DNA of 64,000 bases from Candidatus Woesearchaeota archaeon (GTDB taxonomy: Archaea; Nanobdellota; Nanobdellia; Woesearchaeales; JAFGLG01). Shown here piece by piece: positions 60,781 through 64,000 of this stretch. Location: assembly GCA_016928155.1 (NCBI GenBank), contig JAFGLG010000005.1, positions 128,340 to 192,339 on the forward strand, given 5' to 3'. A program made the position numbers and the translations under genes. The first letter of the stretch is position 1, and each line of letters opens with the position of its first letter. The notes beneath the pieces were generated by a model. The model had not been told where the DNA came from and did not search any database. It saw only the letters and a list, made by a program, of their open reading frames with translations.

Positions 60781-61857
60781 CTAAGTCCTTACGACCGCAC
60801 TGCTGCCGGAAAGCCTGTCTGCGAAACCTGCCCCTGCATAATACCCCCTTCTTGAATATACATCGAACAATGTGTCGAATAAGGTGCGCCTGGTCTCAAA
60901 CCTCCTGAACTCGACAGTCAGGTTCAGCTCTGCCCCCAAATAATCCGCCACATCCTCCTTATAGCCGAGCTGGTCGACAAGGCCAAGCTCAAGAGCCTGC
61001 TTGCCGATATAGAATTTTGCTGATGAAATCTCACTGATCTGATCATCGCTCAGCTGCCTCTTCTCTGCGACATCATCAAGGAACATAGCATGTATCATGT
61101 CAATCGCATCCTGGAGATAAAACCTCTCATTGTCCCCAAGCTTCCTGAAAGGCACTCCAGCATCCTTATATTCACCAGAGACAAGCCTCTCATAGCTCAC
61201 ATTATATCTCTCCATGAGCCCGGAGAACTCGAGATATGAAGAGATGACACCCACACTCCCTGTTATTGACATAGGGGAACAGATTATATGGTCAGCTGCA
61301 GAGGCGATCCAGTAAGCGCCTGAGGTCCCAGACTCCCTGATCCATGCCACAGTAGGCTTCCCTACAGACTCCACTGCCCTGACGATTTCTTCAGAGGCGA
61401 CAGCGCCTCCTCCAGGAGAATTAATCTCAAACACAATTGCCTTGATCGTGTCATCCTCATCCGCGTCTTCGATATGCCTGATGACATCATCAGACAGGAC
61501 AGTGCTCTCGTCAAGGAAACCCCCGTCGCTGGTCGCGATGACCCCCTTTATCGGGATGAGCGCGACATTACCCTCACGATCCGGCACAGAGAACATCTGG
61601 ATGCAGCTTGACAGCATGAAACTGAATGCTGAAAGCAGTATGATGACCAACAAAACAGTGCCCCACTTCCGGGAATTAGCCCCGGACCTGACATCCTTCA
61701 CAGCAGGCGCAGGCCTGTATTCCTCGGGTATATCCTTATAAGGATCCTCTACAGATTTGACCTCTTGATTAGCGTCAGACTTTACCTGTGACTTAACAAC
61801 AGATCCAACCTCAGACTTATCTGCAGGCTTTAGTTTCCGGACATTCTGTTTCTTCAT
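60781..61857 (-). CDS. sppA: Signal peptide peptidase SppA (protease IV, 36K type) with an N-terminal cytoplasmic Lys-rich tail and a transmembrane anchor.
   Basis: ClpP/crotonase-fold motifs (GSVGVIS, GEYKDAG), single transmembrane segment. Confidence 0.75.
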   Translation of the reverse strand: MKKQNVRKLKPADKSEVGSVVKSQVKSDANQEVKSVEDPYKDIPEEYRPAPAVKDVRSGANSRKWGTVLLVIILLSAFSFMLSSCIQMFSVPDREGNVALIPIKGVIATSDGGFLDESTVLSDDVIRHIEDADEDDTIKAIVFEINSPGGGAVASEEIVRAVESVGKPTVAWIRESGTSGAYWIASAADHIICSPMSITGSVGVISSYLEFSGLMERYNVSYERLVSGEYKDAGVPFRKLGDNERFYLQDAIDMIHAMFLDDVAEKRQLSDDQISEISSAKFYIGKQALELGLVDQLGYKEDVADYLGAELNLTVEFRRFETRRTLFDTLFDVYSRRGYYAGAGFADRLSGSSAVVRT

Positions 61858-62927
61858 AATTTCTCACCTGATTTCAGATCATATCTGCATTTATAACAGA
61901 AAGAATCCCTCGGCCCGAGCACAGCGCCGCATTTCGGGCAGTGCCTCTGATGACGATAGAGATCATTCTTCCTCTTATGATTAATCAATATGAAAGGGGA
62001 TATGACGACAACCAATACAATTAGGGCCAAAAAGGCAATCCTGAAATAATCTGTCCTGCATGACCCGTCTTCAGCCTTCTGGAAAAAATGGCACAGCACA
62101 TCTACACATTCATGGTCCTTTATGACCTGTCTCTTTCCGCAGTACAGTTTTATGCACCTGTGGTCCACGGCCTTCTCATCGTCAGCGCAGTTGAGCTTTA
62201 TGCAGAAGAAACCTGACTTATATTCATCAGGGGTGCATTCCATATCGACACAATGATGGTCCATTATGACCTCATTATCTCTGCAGACAAGGGGGGTGCA
62301 GGTGTTGTTGATGCATGTGGACGCATCATTGCACATCCCCGGGGTGCAGCACTCAAAGTCATGGCAGGAATGGTTCCTTGGAAACTGGCATTCGGAGCAG
62401 TTCAGCTTCGTGCAGCGGGTATTGATGCATACCTCATCATCCCCGCAATACAGGGTACCCGGACAATAATTGGCCGGCTTGACAGGCAGGGTGTAGTTGT
62501 CATCATAGCAGAACTCAAGATTCTTATCGATGAACTCTGACCTGTTGACCTCGTACCCGAGAGCCCACCAGTCATCATAATCGACTTTCCTGGTGAAGCA
62601 GATATTGTAAACCACCTCATTGTCTGTATTAGGTGCAGGCAGGACTGAAGTGAAGTTGAGAGTCCTTGTCTCGCTGGGCGCAATCTCGAAGATATCCTCA
62701 TAATGGGCTATCGATGACCCAGAAGGTGTCTTAAGGTTTATCTTATACAGGGCCAGGACCTTCCCGCCGTGATTCTTGTAAGTGAATATCCAGGTTATCT
62801 GATGGCCCTGCCTGCAGTCATCATCTTCGCAGACATAATCCATCTGATAGTCATAAGCAGCCAGCGCAGAGACAGACATAAGCATGAACATAATAGCTGC
62901 CAAAGAAAAGAACTTAAGCCCTCTCAT
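61854..62927 (-). CDS. Cys-rich repeat surface protein, paralogous to 59596..60777.
   Basis: Same CxDDEYxxxHxCIKLxC repeat family. Signal peptide. Transmembrane segment near the C-terminus, then a CPKCG...C zinc-ribbon-like tail. Confidence 0.6.
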   Translation of the reverse strand: MRGLKFFSLAAIMFMLMSVSALAAYDYQMDYVCEDDDCRQGHQITWIFTYKNHGGKVLALYKINLKTPSGSSIAHYEDIFEIAPSETRTLNFTSVLPAPNTDNEVVYNICFTRKVDYDDWWALGYEVNRSEFIDKNLEFCYDDNYTLPVKPANYCPGTLYCGDDEVCINTRCTKLNCSECQFPRNHSCHDFECCTPGMCNDASTCINNTCTPLVCRDNEVIMDHHCVDMECTPDEYKSGFFCIKLNCADDEKAVDHRCIKLYCGKRQVIKDHECVDVLCHFFQKAEDGSCRTDYFRIAFLALIVLVVVISPFILINHKRKNDLYRHQRHCPKCGAVLGPRDSFCYKCRYDLKSGEKL

Positions 62928-63406
62928 AATCTCCCTCCTAGCTCGACTGTCTGGGTCCTTGACATCATCTCGCAGAGTCTCGTCTTCTTCAAGATAAGAT
63001 GGAGCGGGTCAAATATCCAGAGGAAAAATATCGGGAAAACCGGTATGAGGAAGATGTTCCTGATGAAAACCTGCCAGGCAGTAAGCGGGGCATTTTCCAG
63101 AGAAATGACCCTGAGCCCGAACAGCATCTGGCCGACAGTCTGACCAAGCTTAAACTGGAGGATGAATGCATAAATGAAAAAGAAAAGGAAGATGAGCATC
63201 CCTATCATCAGAAGGACAGGATCAAGGGTCATGCTCTTCACTGCAGCAAATGACCTGTCAGGAATCCTTTCTGTCAGCATTGATCTGAAGGGAGTTGTGA
63301 AGAATATGTCAACAATGAAGATATCTGCCACAAAAGCCAGCAATCTCCTGAAAATGCCAGCCGACACTGGACCGGCTGAACCAACCTCTTTTTCAACTTC
63401 CATCAC
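62924..63406 (-). CDS. RDD-family membrane protein.
   Basis: N-terminal cytoplasmic segment, then a transmembrane region with the pattern typical of RDD proteins. 160 aa. Confidence 0.45.
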   Translation of the reverse strand: MMEVEKEVGSAGPVSAGIFRRLLAFVADIFIVDIFFTTPFRSMLTERIPDRSFAAVKSMTLDPVLLMIGMLIFLFFFIYAFILQFKLGQTVGQMLFGLRVISLENAPLTAWQVFIRNIFLIPVFPIFFLWIFDPLHLILKKTRLCEMMSRTQTVELGGRL

Positions 63407-63482
63407 CCAAAAAAAAGCTGATGTATATTTAAGTTTTATTGAAAAGAGCCTTAAACCGGCCCTAAAAGGCCTTATTTGGCAA

Positions 63483-63492
63483 AAATTTTTAA
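63483..63492 (+). promoter_or_regulatory. Archaeal TATA-like box (TTTTTAAATA) about 25-30 nt upstream of the aIF-1A start.
   Basis: A/T-rich octamer at the canonical distance. No ribosome-binding site, consistent with a leaderless mRNA. Confidence 0.4.
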
Positions 63493-63516
63493 ATAAACCG
63501 AATTTCTAGGCTATCC

Positions 63517-63861
63517 ATGAGCCGAAAAAAGGAAGAACAGGCAAGGCAGGAACAGATTGAGTCAGAAATCAGGAGAATAAAGCTTCCGAAAAGCCCTGAG
63601 ACCTTCGGCATTGTAGAGCAGAGGCTTGGAGGCAGCAGGATGAAGGTGCGCTGCCTGGATGGCAAGGACAGGGTCTGCAGGATACCAGGAAGGCTCAAGA
63701 GAAAGCTATGGGTGCGAGAAGGTGACCTCATAATAGTAGAACCCTGGGAATTCTCAGCAGATGACAAAGGGGATGTCATATTCAAGTACAGGAATACCCA
63801 GATAGATTTCCTGAAGAAGAAAGGATATCTGAACAAACTAGCAGAGTTTGAAGAGTTCTGA
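63517..63861 (+). CDS. eif1a: Translation initiation factor aIF-1A.
   Basis: S1-like OB-fold signature (G.R.KVRC.DGK.R...IPG.LRKK.WV..GD.IIVEPW). Confidence 0.85.
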   Translation: MSRKKEEQARQEQIESEIRRIKLPKSPETFGIVEQRLGGSRMKVRCLDGKDRVCRIPGRLKRKLWVREGDLIIVEPWEFSADDKGDVIFKYRNTQIDFLKKKGYLNKLAEFEEF

Positions 63862-64000
63862 GATAGATAAACAGGCAATCAGTTCTGGCATGATAGAACA
63901 TACAATTATCAAAAGAGAAACTCAGTCTGACCATAATCTGATCAGAAATCATAGGTATGCTGCCCGACATATCCTGAGAATATCCTGACAAGAAACCTGC

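Overview
The window reads as a stretch of an archaeal chromosome, probably from a small-genome DPANN-like lineage. It mixes core information-processing genes with an AT-richer accessory island and several surface-protein loci.

Archaeal markers and core genes:
- aIF-1A, ribosomal proteins L10e and S3Ae, and Kae1 and Bud32 encoded at separate loci.
- A membrane-type LonB protease and a short archaeal-type triosephosphate isomerase.
- A family B DNA polymerase that runs off the 5' edge of the window.
- A GyrB gene interrupted by an intein of about 429 aa that carries an HNH-like endonuclease region.
- Histidyl-tRNA synthetase sitting next to tRNA-His(GUG).
- KsgA/Dim1, dTMP kinase, ThiE/ThiL, SppA, and a minus-strand glycogen/sugar-phosphate operon (phosphomannomutase/phosphoglucomutase, HAD beta-phosphoglucomutase, debranching enzyme, methionine aminopeptidase).

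Most notable features:
- A three-gene [FeFe]-hydrogenase operon (NuoE-like, NuoF-like, HydA with all three H-cluster motifs intact), unusual for an archaeon.
- Directly downstream, a four-gene uncharacterised operon: membrane protein, coiled-coil protein, classic AAA+ ATPase, TPR membrane protein.
- A 702-aa fusion of a glutamine-amidotransferase/asparagine-synthetase unit to a second PP-loop domain of the Dph6/MJ0570 type.
- A candidate tRNA-Phe(GAA) with two insertions at known non-canonical intron positions. A partial copy of it lies 45 nt upstream, at the edge of an AT-rich island of about 6.5 kb carrying HEPN/nucleotidyltransferase pairs, wHTH regulators and secreted proteins.
- A four-gene pilin-like/Cys-rich operon, paralogous Cys-repeat surface proteins flanking SppA, and two strongly structured intergenic RNA candidates.
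- A three-small-ORF cluster in front of a protein that carries only a PEP-utilising swivel domain.

No CRISPR array, rRNA gene or obvious transposase was seen. All calls rest on by-eye motif recognition; no database search was run.
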